63,106 nt of DNA, filler included, from Octopus bimaculoides (GCF_001194135.2; 9 parts of 7 records of this genome joined end to end with filler, not necessarily neighbours in it); one strand, 5' to 3'; shown: positions 12,592 to 24,850, counted from the first letter of the whole stretch. Notes: generated from the letters alone by a model not told the origin. Translations and numbers: made by a program.

Positions 12592-13114
12592 TGTAGTGAA
12601 ACTACCTATCGCCATTAGATACAAAACTACTATCGCCATTACATACAAACTAGCTTCTCATTTAAATATAAACAAGCGCGGCCGTAGCGGAAAACACATT
12701 GCCTGTCATCACGTGACTGATTATTATTCGAAGCGGCAACTTCTTCGAACCGTTCCCGCCAGAACGCAAACTGACCAATCACGTCGGGGTCACCAATTGT
12801 AGGAAAGTGGTTATACACCATTAGGTGTACACCGCTTCCGTACATTAAATTTCTAGAAGAAACAACGGAACGCAGATTCTGAACAACATAACAATATTTA
12901 TTTACAGTGGAATTCAGTTCACGCTTGGAGGGAATTCGGTAGCTCGTCGCCCTCGGTTACTGAGACGCCTCCTGAATGATGCTCCAAGCGTGAACTGAAT
13001 TCCACTGTAAATAAATATTGTTATGTTGTTCAGAATCTGCGTTCCGTTGTTTCTTCTAGAAATTTAATGTACTGAAGCGGTGTACACCTAATGGTGTATA
13101 ACCACTTTCCTACA
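12592..13114. mobile_element. 523-bp TG..CA element (solo-LTR-like) with GCCT TSD and 133-bp internal inverted repeat
   Basis: Ends TGTAGTGAAA / TTTCCTACA; GCCT at 12588-12591 and 13115-13118; arms 12798-12930 and 12982-13114 differ at 1 nt. Confidence 0.7.
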
Positions 13115-13147
13115 GCCTTATGTGCTTCGACATCTAAAATTCCAAAT

Positions 13148-13189
<42 letters not shown>

Positions 13190-13597
13190 CCAGACATAGT
13201 CTTAATTGAGAAAGAAAGCAAACTATGCTGGATTATAGACATAGCATTCCCAGCTGACAACAAGGTATACGATAAGGAAGAAAGAAAAGTCGATAGATAT
13301 GACAAGTGAGCTTGGGAGGCTAAGCAGTTGTGGTCGATGAAAAAAATGGTAGTAGTACCAATAATTGTCGGAGCCCTGGGAACAGTGAGTAAAAATCTTG
13401 AGAAGTACATGGAACAAATAGGGGCTGCAATGAGGGTGGAGCACTTGCAAAAAACAGCACTGCTTGGAACCACTCGAATACTCCGGAAGGTGCTCGAGAA
13501 ATAAGACGTGTTACCTTGTTCACTGGTAGTGAACAGCTGGCACCGTAGAACATCTCCAGCGTTAGAAGCTGTGCAAAGGCAATGATAATGATAATAA
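13190..13597 (+). mobile_element. R4/Dong-type non-LTR retrotransposon 3' end (REL endonuclease)
   Basis: PDIVLIEKESKLCWIIDIAFPAD..K..Y*..VPIIVGALGTVSKNL..LQKTALLGTTRILRKVL; PD-(D/E)xK REL motif with an internal stop; (AAT)n on both sides. Confidence 0.92.
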
Positions 13598-13810
13598 TGG
13601 TTTCAAATTTTGCCACAAGGGCGGCCATTTTGGGGGAGGGGAAAGTCGATTACATCGACCCCAGTGCGTAACTGATACTTAATTTATCGACCCCGAAAGG
13701 ACGTAAGGCAAAGTCGACCTCGGCGGAATTTGAACTTAGAACGTGGCGGCAGACGAAATACCGCTAAGCATTTTGCCCGGCCTGCTGACGATTCTGCCAT
13801 TCGCAGCTTT
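13598..13810 (-). mobile_element. SINE family A
   Basis: Full match; abuts the Dong tail tail-to-tail. Confidence 0.92.
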
Positions 13811-14420
13811 AACAACAACAACAACAACAATAATAATGATAATTAAGGCAGCATANNNNNNNNNNNNNNNNNNNNNNNNNNNNNNNNNNNNNNNNNNNNN
13901 NNNNNNNNNNNNNNNNNNNNNNNNNNNNNNNNNNNNNNNNNNNNNNNNNNNNNNNNNNNNNNNNNNNNNNNNNNNNNNNNNNNNNNNNNNNNNNNNNNNN
14001 NNNNNNNNNNNNNNNNNNNNNNNNNNNNNNNNNNNNNNNNNNNNNNNNNNNNNNNNNNNNNNNNNNNNNNNNNNNNNNNNNNNNNNNNNNNNNNNNNNNN
14101 NNNNNNNNNNNNNNNNNNNNNNNNNNNNNNNNNNNNNNNNNNNNNNNNNNNNNNNNNNNNNNNNNNNNNNNNNNNNNNNNNNNNNNNNNNNNNNNNNNNN
14201 NNNNNNNNNNNNNNNNNNNNNNNNNNNNNNNNNNNNNNNNNNNNNNNNNNNNNNNNNNNNNNNNNNNNNNNNNNNNNNNNNNNNNNNNNNNNNNNNNNNN
14301 NNNNNNNNNNNNNNNNNNNNNNNNNNNNNNNNNNNNNNNNNNNNNNNNNNNNNNNNNNNNNNNNNNNNNNNNNNNNNNNNNNNNNNNNNNNNNNNNNNNN
14401 NTATATATATATATATATAT

Positions 14421-14467
<47 letters not shown>

Positions 14468-15139
14468 TGATGAGCTTTCGCACAGTTTCCGTCTGCCGAA
14501 TTCCACTCAAATGACATCGGTCAGTGAGAAGTGAGAGTGAAAGACAACTGCGCAGTACTGTTAGGATCGAACTAAAAACTATTTAATTGCGAAGAGTAAT
14601 TCTAAACCGCATCTCCATAATACTCACAAGAAAGTAAACGCAAAATGTGACTACACAAGATGGAGAGAGTGACATTAGAATGCGCCATGAAGGCCACGGA
14701 ACACTCGATAACATTCTGCTGAGATGTAGAATTTTAATGAAGTCAAAATACATGCGCAGACATGAACGAAAAGAAACCATATTCAAATTTTATAGATAGT
14801 TACATACATAAACAAATCATAGAGGACAAACGTTAGAAAATACAAAGCAGGTGGTATCACCGGCGAGACAGCGACCAAGCTGCAAAGCTCTAAGACATGT
14901 CTTAGAAAATTAATTGCGAAATGGATACTAATTAGCAGAACCTGATTATCATGAAGTTTATAATTAGGAATGAGTATATATGTTTACATAAACACATCAA
15001 TTCCTACTAATTAGCATGTTGCTCATCAAGTTAAGTATCTCTAAAAACGTCCTACATGTTACTTTTAACATCGCACAATCCTACCAACTTACAATGGAAT
15101 TCTTTATGGTTCTCTCGATCTACTACGATTTTTTAAATA

Positions 15140-15530
15140 TTTCATCTCAAATTTTGGCCAGCGAGTTCAGGAGTGGGGGGTAAGTCGTTTATATTACTGC
15201 CCCTCCCCAGTGCGCAACTGGTACTTATTTTATCGGCTACGATAGGACAACATGCAAAGTCGGCTTCGATGGAAATAGAATTGTTTAATATTTAAAAAAA
15301 AAAAACCCTAAAGCGGCAAGCCGACAGAATCGGTAGCGCGTCAGACAAAATGCTAAGCGGCATTTTGTCCATCTTTATGTTCTGAGCTCAAATTCCGCCG
15401 AGGTCGATTTTGTCTTTCATCCTTTCAGGGTCTATAAAGTAAATACCAATGTAATAGTAGAATCGATGTAATCGACTTACCCTTTCATCAAAATTGCTGG
15501 CATTGTGCCAAAATTTGAAACTAATATTTT
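15140..15530. mobile_element. Two SINE family A copies, head-to-head (15140-15290 minus partial; 15310-15530 plus)
   Basis: Family motifs in opposite orientations. Confidence 0.8.
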
Positions 15531-17099
15531 AAAAACTTACTAGTGGTAGAGGGCGGAGGAAGAAGAGCCAAATTTTCTGCAAACCCCACCCACATTAGCG
15601 CCTGAAACAAACAAATACAAACAAAATTATAAGGTCCCGGTTTCGTTCCTCACAGCGTAACATCATGAACAAGTGGTTTTCCCATCAGTTCTAAGTCAGC
15701 TGAAACCTTGTGAGTTAAATAAAGCAGACTTTGTGGAACGCCATTTTTGGTAGATTGTAATGGACAGAAGCTGGAAATCAAAAGGTCCGGCTTTGTTACA
15801 TATTGTGTCGTCCCTGATTCGTTCTGAGAGCAACGTTAAAGACACATATGACTGCGGAGCACTCGGTCACACGTAGTGTCTACGTTGACCATGTATCTAC
15901 ATATGTACTGACCAGGCCTAGGCGATTTTTTTTTTTTTTTTTTTGGAAGGCTAGTAGTTTTGGGGGAATGTTTGCAAGACACATCGATGTGGCTCCAGAG
16001 ATGCCGCATGGTTGGCTGTCAAAACGCATACTGCCTGGTCCGCAAGCACATCCGTTAATCTGTTCTTCTAGATTGGTCCTTTTTCTTCTCTCTCTCTCTC
16101 TTTCATCGACCCAGAAATAAATAAGAGGTAAAGTTGACTGCAACGGGATTTGAACTCAGAATGGTGTGCCTCTCTATCTAGCGCTCTAACGACTCTGCCG
16201 TTTCATGTTCACCTAAAGAATTAGTAGTTCTGTTGGCCGACCAAGTGAATGAGCATTGTAGAAACCAATTTGTTTGTATATCATCTGACGATGATATACA
16301 AAGAGATGGGATAGCCACAGTTGGAACGTCTTTGATCATAAGCCTACCCAGTCAAGACTGAATTTATCAACAACAATGACGGCGGCGGCGACGACAACAA
16401 CAACATCATCCTATTTAAAAAGTGATTTTCATTACCCCTTAAACATCCGTATATTGGTGTCGACTTAGTGCAACACCTGACGTCAGACAAACTGCTTCAA
16501 CGAACAAAGCCACGCAAGAACCTTCTTCAATTGAAGCATAACAGCCAAAGTCTCTTTCAACAACACAAAGACCTCACAATCACTACACAGATAAAAGGAA
16601 ACGGTCTGGTTTCACATCCATTCAAAAGATCTGAACCACCAAATTCTCTTGAGTTGACAAACAGCCATCTTGAAAAGTACAGTGGATATTTTAGCCTGGA
16701 AAAAAATAATAGAAAGGCCACAGATGGAAGCCTCTACGTGCTCAATTAACCTGCTAGAAAAAGCAGCTATATGTTTCTAAAACCACACCCTAACATCTTA
16801 AAAAAACGGAAGGCCTTTAAGAATTTATGTAATCCTGATTATACAAAAAAGGGTAGGTTTTTACTTGATTACAAATTTGTTTGATCAGAGTTGACTTGCG
16901 GTTGAAGATCAAGACGGTGTTGTCATATTTGGAAAGGCTTTGATCGTAATTCTACTCAATCAGAACTGATCTGGAAGCAAAGAACAACAACACTATTGAT
17001 CTCGATGCACATAAAGCTATAAATAAATAGCAAGTGAATATTGGTTTCAAATTCTGGTCACGAATTTAGACCAGCTTTACGGTTTGTCAACCAACGAGC

Positions 17100-17660
17100 A
17101 GGATGTTTCTATGAGGCACCACTCGTGAGGATGGACGTTGGCTCACAATGAATCTCATCCATATTTTGCTCGAATTCCCCTTCAGAAGCCTGGAGCTGGC
17201 TGACATTGAAGTTGGTCTTCCAATTAACCACTCGAATACCAGAATCATTGGTAAAAAAGTGCTGGTCCGAGTGATATTACACTTTCATCGACATCCATTG
17301 AGTCAGCTGCCCATTTCTACAACATTGACTCTCGTATTTGCAGAAAATTTGGCTCTTCAACACACTTATTAGACAGTTGTGAAGAAACAACAAGATATGG
17401 GGAATTTGGAAAGCACCACAATTGTCACGTGACCTAAAACTACGCTTGCTTCGTGCTACAGTAGAATATATTCTACTTTACGGCTCTGTATGCTGGTCTC
17501 TTACTGTGACCCAACAGCGATTATTAGACGGCACGCACACCCGACTTCTGTGTCTTAAACATCTCTTACACTGACCACATATCAAACATGCTACGATATG
17601 GATCTTTACTGCTCATCAACCAGACAATCAAAGATGGCTAAACTTCGCAGCCACTGTTTT
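17100..17660 (+). mobile_element. RTE-clade LINE RT/thumb fragment, decayed
   Basis: Translates to IWKAPQLSRDLKLRLLRATVEYILLYGSVCWSLTVTQQRLLDGTHTRLL, typical of the RTE post-RT region; frameshifts present. Confidence 0.8.
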
Positions 17661-17869
17661 CGTCGAATCAACCCGTGAGGGCGTTCAGATCTGATGGTAA
17701 GGTTCGTATGATGTATGTCCGTAAATCTATACGGGAGGGGAGTGTGCAATGTCTCAGAGTTGGCACGCGCAGTGCCATCTCGCACTGCCTGGGGAAAAAT
17801 TTGTTCCCGAGTTGGGGGTCATCGTCTACGAGTGATGAGGCGTAGACTAAGAAGATGTGGTTTGATTCC

Positions 17870-18150
17870 TTGCTGGCCCTCCATCGGTTACGACGACGAG
17901 GGTTCCGATCAACGGAACAGCCTGCTCGTGAAATTAATGTAAAAGTGACTGAGCAGCCCACAGACACGCGTACCCCGAACTTAGTTCTCAGAGAGATTCA
18001 GCGTGACATTATGTCTGACAAGGTTGGTCCTTTAAACTACAGATATTACCACTCATTATTGCCAGCTGAGTAGACTGGCGCAACGTGGAATTAAGTGTCT
18101 CGCTCAAGGACACCACGCACCGCCGAGAATACACCAATCACTAACCTAGG
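17870..18150 (-). mobile_element. SINE family D
   Basis: ttgccagctgagtagactgg...gtgtctcgctcaaggacac; homologous to 59845-60155. Confidence 0.85.
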
Positions 18151-18289
18151 CGCCTTTACGCGTCTTTAATTCCTTACTTTCTTCCTAGCAGACGGATCAG
18201 TAGCAGATCATCTAAGATTATATTCACAGTCGCCGGATACTGCAACATTAAAGCTACTATCGTCAAAATAAATTGAAATCTGAAATACT

Positions 18290-18492
18290 GGTTTCACATT
18301 TTAGCACAAAGCCAGAAACTTCGAGAGAGGGGTAAGCCAATTACACGCCTCCAGGGCTCAACTGGTACTTATTTTAGCGAACCCAAAAGGATGCAAGGCA
18401 AAGTAACCCTCGGCGGAATTTGAACTCAGAACGCAAAGACGGACGAAAAGCCGCCAAGCATTCTGTCCGGTATGCTAACAATTCCGCCCGCT
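18290..18492 (-). mobile_element. SINE family A
   Basis: Family motifs. Confidence 0.9.
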
Positions 18493-19287
18493 CTGAAATA
18501 TATTCTATTCAGTTCAACATCGAAGTAAAACGAAATACAGTTTTTAAAAATGTCGTTTCATGAAAATTAAGAAACGAAACAACAATCAAATACCATGATG
18601 GATAGCGTTTTTTTTTTGTTTTTTTTTTTGTTTTGTTTTTTTTTGAGATAAAAAACATTGAAAATTATTTAGTTCAACATAATAATTAACTTTTTAATGA
18701 GAGCCGTCCATGTGTAAGGTTATTCCATCGCTGACATGTTTTCGTACACACCAGCTCGGGCTGGTGTGTGTGCACTACTTACTGGCTTCAGGCAACATTT
18801 GTGCTGGCCACTCATTGAATCGATTTCTGTGGCATAAGTCTTCTGTATACAAAAATAAATATACAGACACTTGCATATATTCGCAAACACACGCACGCAC
18901 GCGCGCGCATGCATACGTGCAAATAGTAAGTATGCACAAGTCCATTCAAATATACATACACCCACACTCACACACACATCAAAATGCATGGCCATCAATC
19001 ATGGCTGATGATCTAAGCTTTCTAGACGTTTCATAATCGCTAAAGTTGATAATTGGATTCTAATCTGTATATTATGGACGTGTGCAATGACGTCACATTT
19101 CTGTTTCAGTTACGTAAAACCCTGTGAGACGGCAGAAACTCGCTGTGGATGGATGTCTAAATTGCGTTCTATGTAACAACCAAGGCCTCGGTTCGGTCAC
19201 AGATTTTGCCGAACTCTTTATTGCTTAGGGATTTCACTCATTAGACTGCGGCCATGATGGGGCACTGCCTTGATTTTTATCTCTCCA

Positions 19288-19408
19288 CCCTGAAGACGGA
19301 GGCGGATCTATCCAATGTTTATTTGCTTCCATTCCTGGATGCATATTCTGGTGAAATACATCTGCCAACATTATGAAGTAACTCCGAGCCCCCAGAAACA
19401 GCTGTCGG
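19288..19408 (+). ncRNA. Hammerhead-like motif, atypical/degenerate
   Basis: CTGAAGA (19290-96), stem II CGGAG/CTCCG with a long loop, 8-nt linker AGCCCCCA, GAAAC-AGCT-GTC (palindromic stem III); stem I only 2 bp. Confidence 0.45.
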
Positions 19409-19764
19409 ACTTGTAACACCATACTTTCTCCCTTTTATTTTTTTATGTCTTTTTAAGTTTGCTTTGTTAATAAATAAACATCTATATATTTATACATGAC
19501 TATTCCTCACCTGAAAATTTTCAGCCTTTACTTTCTCTCTCTGTTTACATGTATACATGTATGAATATTTTGTATATCAAACCCATGAAATTTTATTTGT
19601 TAAATTGCATCATTGTCTCTATATCTGCTCACCGGGTTTCCTCTTACAGCCACTCTTTATCCCGCAGACTTAGTCCTCGACAAATTTTTCGGAGTGTAAG
19701 TTCAAATCATTTGAGCGCTACTAAGTGTTTTCTATATTGAACATCTCTGAATCTCTGGATGTCA

Positions 19765-19808
<44 letters not shown>

Positions 19809-20439
19809 NNNNNNNNNNNNNNNNNNNNNNNNNNNNNNNNNNNNNNNNNNNNNNNNNNNNNNNNNNNNNNNNNNNNNNNNNNNNNNNNNNNNNNNNNNNN
19901 NNNNNNNNNNNNNNNNNNNNNNNNNNNNNNNNNNNNNNNNNNNNNNNNNNNNNNNNNNNNNNNNNNNNNNNNNNNNNNNNNNNNNNNNNNNNNNNNNNNN
20001 NNNNNNNNNNNNNNNNNNNNNNNNNNNNNNNNNNNNNNNNNNNNNNNNNNNNNNNNNNNNNNNNNNNNNNNNNNNNNNNNNNNNNNNNNNNNNNNNNNNN
20101 NNNNNNNNNNNNNNNNNNNNNNNNNNNNNNNNNNNNNNNNNNNNNNNNNNNNNNNNNNNNNNNNNNNNNNNNNNNNNNNNNNNNNNNNNNNNNNNNNNNN
20201 NNNNNNNNNNACTCAGAATGTAAAGATGGATAAAATGCCGCTGAGCATTTTGCCCGCAGAGCAAACGATTTTGCCATCTCATCACCTTCTGGATCACTGA
20301 GATTGCGTTCTGGTTTCAGTTTCGTATCGCATCTACATTGTGCCAGTTGTGTTATTTGAGAGAGCCATATGTATGGCTACCTCTCCACTCGCTTTTCTAA
20401 AACACAGGGTATTTGTGTAAAGCTAAAATATAAACAATG

Positions 20440-20580
20440 CTTAACTGGTTTTATATTTTATCGATCCCAGGAAAAATGAAAGACTAAAGTCGACTTCGGT
20501 GTGGGTTGAACTCAGAAAGTAAAAGGTCATAACAAAATACTGCAAATCATTTTGTCCAACGCTTTCGCGATTCTGCCGTC
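20440..20580 (-). mobile_element. SINE family A, degenerate
   Basis: tcgatcccaggaaaaatgaaag..aaagtcgacttcgg..ttgaactcagaa. Confidence 0.75.
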
Positions 20581-21283
20581 CTGTAATCCGATATTAAAAT
20601 TTTCATTAACATTTCCGACCCATGCTTGATCAAACAACTACAATGCGTAAAACAATGTTAAGTGATTTTCTCTTACAACTTAACGACAGTTTCTACGATG
20701 CCGTTCAAGTACCTTCGTTCTACACTTCGTAAATGTAGCAATGAACACATAATGTCGGTTAGTTCAGTTCATTATTTTGGAATTAAATTTGTCGCATTGC
20801 TATAGTGACATTATTTCAAGTAGATAACCTCAAGTGACATATCTAAATACACAGCTTGGGTTAAGGTAGCGATGTGCCTGTAGCATTTGTCATAAAGAAG
20901 ATATTAATTTTTTAAAAAATACGAACACATTAAAACAAATCTGTTTGCTTGCATAGTGAGTACATGTACATAATAAAGCATACTTTCAAGATATCACATG
21001 AACAAACTTGTTGATGTACGAGAAATGTCTGTGTTTACGAAGCATTTCACATGCACGTGCTATTCTGCTTAGACCAATGGCGGTTTTTAGTTCATTTTTA
21101 ATCCCTTTCAATGTCGAATGATAAGAACGATCTTCATTGCTGTTGGTAACCATTGGCCACAAATAGGTATGTAACGTGTTTTCAAGGCATTTTCTGCATT
21201 TACATTTTTTGCAAAGATCTGTCAGTTACGAAGCAGTAGCTCTACAACGTCTTTCTTTGATATCATTTTGAGAAACAAATATA

Positions 21284-21405
21284 AGGCGGCGAACTGGCAG
21301 AATCGTTAGCATGCCGAGGAAAATGCTTAGCGACATTTCGTCCGTTTTTACGTTCTGAATTCAAATTCTACCGAAGTCGAGTTTGCCTTTCATCCTTCCA
21401 AGGCC
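21284..21405 (+). mobile_element. SINE family A, 5' part
   Basis: aaggcggcgaactggcagaatcgttagc..gttctgaattcaaattc. Confidence 0.88.
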
Positions 21406-21488
21406 TCCATCAAGTTTAGATGTCGAATACACATTTCGACGCTTATAAAAAACAAATGTTAGTTTGTTTATGTGTGTATGTATACATG

Positions 21489-21588
<100 letters not shown>

Positions 21589-21769
21589 ATGAAATAGTTT
21601 TCGATGAATATATTTTACTACTAATTTAATCGTACTTGCTATAAATACATTATAGATTTGGAATATGTTTCAGACGTAACTATTCTGCCCCCCCCCCCAT
21701 GCCATCCCATGGCATAAGAACTAAATTTATAAAATTTCCTAAATGATTGTTCAAATTGCATCTCAAAGA

Positions 21770-21915
21770 CTTTGTCTCTTCTTCTGCGAAAGAAAATACT
21801 TCAGACTCCAAAGGTTGCTGTCCTTTATGATGTTCAAGTGCAACTCATATTCGAGTATTGCTCACATTTCTCTGAAAGTGTAGCTGATATATTCACATAC
21901 ATTCCTAGAGAGAAC
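21770..21915 (+). mobile_element. CR1/L2-type LINE RT C-terminal fragment
   Basis: SLLLRKKILQTPKVAVLYDVQVQLIFEYCSHF resembles the LY..VRP..EYCS..W motif. Confidence 0.55.
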
Positions 21916-22970
21916 GAAAACTGTCTCCTGGCGTGATGTCAAACATTTAATTAACAATATATAACAAACATTTTTTCATTTATGCGTTGCATCCTATTTA
22001 TCCGTCTATCTATCTCGTATATTTTAAGCGTTACTATAATACAAAAACAAAATCGTTATTTGTATTAATGATGATCCGCATATTTTTTTATTAATACGCT
22101 CCGGCAGAATGAATCGAACGCAAATATGCTAGTTAGTGTTGTTGCCGCAAAAGGGAAAACTTATTCATGAATCTCTCAGAAGGATGCGAATCATCTTTAT
22201 AATAGAATAAAGATTTAGGACAACCTATTACAAGCCATAGCGATGGAGTAATCACGTCCCTTAGTAATCTAGAATCAGTTATGTACTTAGTTCGACATCG
22301 ATTATCCTAAACTGAAGATATTTTCTGAATTGTACGATACTCTCAACGGAATACCCTTTGTGACATTCCTTTTAACAAATATTTGAATACTATACGTTTT
22401 TATTACCGTTGATATTCTCGATCGTATTGTATCAATGTTCTCTCTCATAACGCAGAGCCATCACAGTCAAGCATGACATGAAATCAAACTAACTTACGCC
22501 GAACCATTTCATTCCCGGTGTGTGTATTGTTTGTATGGGTTTCTCTGACTACGAAGTCTCACATCTTTTAAGGAGGACATAAGCAATTAAATGACATCTG
22601 GGGTTTTTTGTTGTTGTTTGCTATTTTTCATTTCTTTTAGTTTTCTTTTAAATCTAGTTCATTTTATCGACCACAGAAAACTGAAAGGCAAAGAAAATTC
22701 TGGCGAAATGTGAGAACGTAACGTGACGTCACTAAAATACTATCAGCCATATTTTTATTCGCTATTTTTAAGATTTCCTTATTCACCTTCCTCGCTGTGT
22801 TGTTCTAGCCCTTTGACTGCGTTATTAAATTTCATGGTCGTTCTCGTAATGATGTCAATTAGCCACCATAAAATAGAGTTGATATATTCTGCTTCTGCAA
22901 TACATTTTTAGTGTCTCCTGTGAATACGGTTTTCATATCCACCAACAAAGACTAAAAGCGTTTGATTCTT

Positions 22971-23354
22971 GTGATGGTTTCTTGCCAACTTAATGTGGCA
23001 GTCCCAGGAAAGGGAAGAATGCTACTGCTATTTAGCCCCAAGAAACACCGTTTCTAGTTGCTGTAGATCAGTGAATTTATTTCACTTGAAATTCTATTAG
23101 TTTTCAACAGCGAGTTAACACCGACGACAGCTAGCAAGGCCAAGCTACTCCAGACTGATGAAGAGCAGCATCCCTGAAACTAGTCTCTGGATTCTGGCTT
23201 TGTTGGGTGGAGGTGCTTATCTCCCCTGTTTGAAAACTTAAAGACAGAACGTTTGTCACGTATCCAACTAGAAACGGTGTTTCTTGGGGCTAAATAGCAG
23301 TGGCATTCTTCCCTTTCCTGGGACTGCCACATTAAGTTGGCAACAAATCATCAC
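22971..23354. mobile_element. Fold-back/MITE-like element with 79-bp inverted arms enclosing a hammerhead motif
   Basis: Arms 22982-23060 and 23265-23343 have 1 mismatch and extend 11 bp imperfectly; inner 9-bp IR agttttcaa/ttgaaaact; no clear TSD. Confidence 0.85.
23149..23191 (+). ncRNA. Minimal type I hammerhead ribozyme
   Basis: TCCAGA-CTGATGA-AGAG cagcat CCCT-GAAAC-TA-GTC-TCTGGA: 6-bp stem I, full core, palindromic ACTAGT stem III, GUC cleavage triplet. Confidence 0.8.
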
Positions 23355-23779
23355 TTTATCATGCTGCTTCTGTATAACTCTCTCTGAGAGATTTAAAAAT
23401 ACAATATTTTTTATTTTGTTTGATAAAAAAAGACATTTGATGAAACATTTGAAAAAAAAATTAAGAAAACTCTGAAAACTTGTCTTTTGTGAAAAGTCTC
23501 AATAGAGATGTCTCCGCTTCTTTCACCATAAAGCGAGGGATTTTTTCTTCTTTTTTCCAACCTGTATGGTAAAAATCGCTTTCTACAGTTAACAGTAATA
23601 AGAATTTGAGCGGATATATCCACTTTCTGCNNNNNNNNNNNNNNNNNNNNNNNNNNNNNNNNNNNNNNNNNNNNNNNNNNNNNNNNNNNNNNNNNNNNNN
23701 NNNNNNNNNNNNNNNNNNNNNNNNNNNNNNNNNNNNNNNNNNNNNNNNNNNNNNNNNNNNNTTTTGCAGTATGATCTTT

Positions 23780-23791
23780 ATCTTGAAAATT

Positions 23792-23875
<84 letters not shown>

Positions 23876-23890
23876 TCAACAACAACAACA
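23780..23890. repeat. (AAT)n microsatellite
   Basis: Directly visible. Confidence 0.97.
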
Positions 23891-23958
23891 ACAGAGACGA
23901 TGGAAACAACATCAACAGCAATAAAAACAACCACGAAAACATACGTCTATGTTTGTGT

Positions 23959-23959
<1 letters not shown>

Positions 23960-24000
<41 letters not shown>

Positions 24001-24798
24001 TGTGTACATAAATATACACATAAATATACACATAAATATACATATATATATACATATATATTTATATATATTTATATACATATGTATATATATACATATG
24101 TATATATATACACATATATATATACATATATATACATATATATTTATATATGCATCAGTGTGCGTGCGTATATGCGTGTGTGTGTGTGCGTGTGTGTGAG
24201 AGTGTGTACATAAATATACACATAAATATACACATAAATATACACATAAATATACATATATATATACATATATATTTATATATATTTATATACATATATA
24301 TATACATATGTATATATATACATATATATATACATATATATACATATATATTNNNNNNNNNNNNNNNNNNNNNNNNNNNNNNNNNNNNNNNNNNNNNNNN
24401 NNNNNNNNNNNNNNNNNNNNNNNNNNNNNNNNNNNNNNNNNNNNNNNNNNNNNNNNNNNNNNNNNNNNNNNNNNNNNNNNNNNNNNNNNNNNNNNNNNNN
24501 NNNNNNNNNNNNNNNNNNNNNNNNNNNNNNNATATATATATACATATATATACATATATATTTATATATGCATCAGTGTGCGTGCGTATATGCGTGCGTG
24601 TGTGTGTGTGTGTGTGTGTGCGTGTGTGTGAGTGTGTACATAAATATACACATAAATATACACATAAATATACATATATATATACATATATATTTATATA
24701 TATTTATATACATATATATATACATATGTATATATATACATATATATATACATATATATACATATATATTTATATACGCATCAGTGTGCGTGCGTATA

Positions 24799-24835
<37 letters not shown>

Positions 24836-24850
24836 GTGTGAGTGTGTGTG
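23960..24850. repeat. Higher-order composite minisatellite built from microsatellite blocks
   Basis: gcatcagtgtgcgtgcgtatat recurs at about 24152, 24570 and 24778 with the same (TG)n / cataaatataca blocks. Confidence 0.85.

Noticed and set aside
16273-16302. CTGACGA within a perfect 12-bp hairpin, as a hammerhead
   Set aside because: The box is locked in a hairpin loop and there is no properly placed GAAA or stem III.
23960-24850. CRISPR-like array
   Set aside because: Eukaryotic low-complexity repeat with no unique spacers or cas genes.
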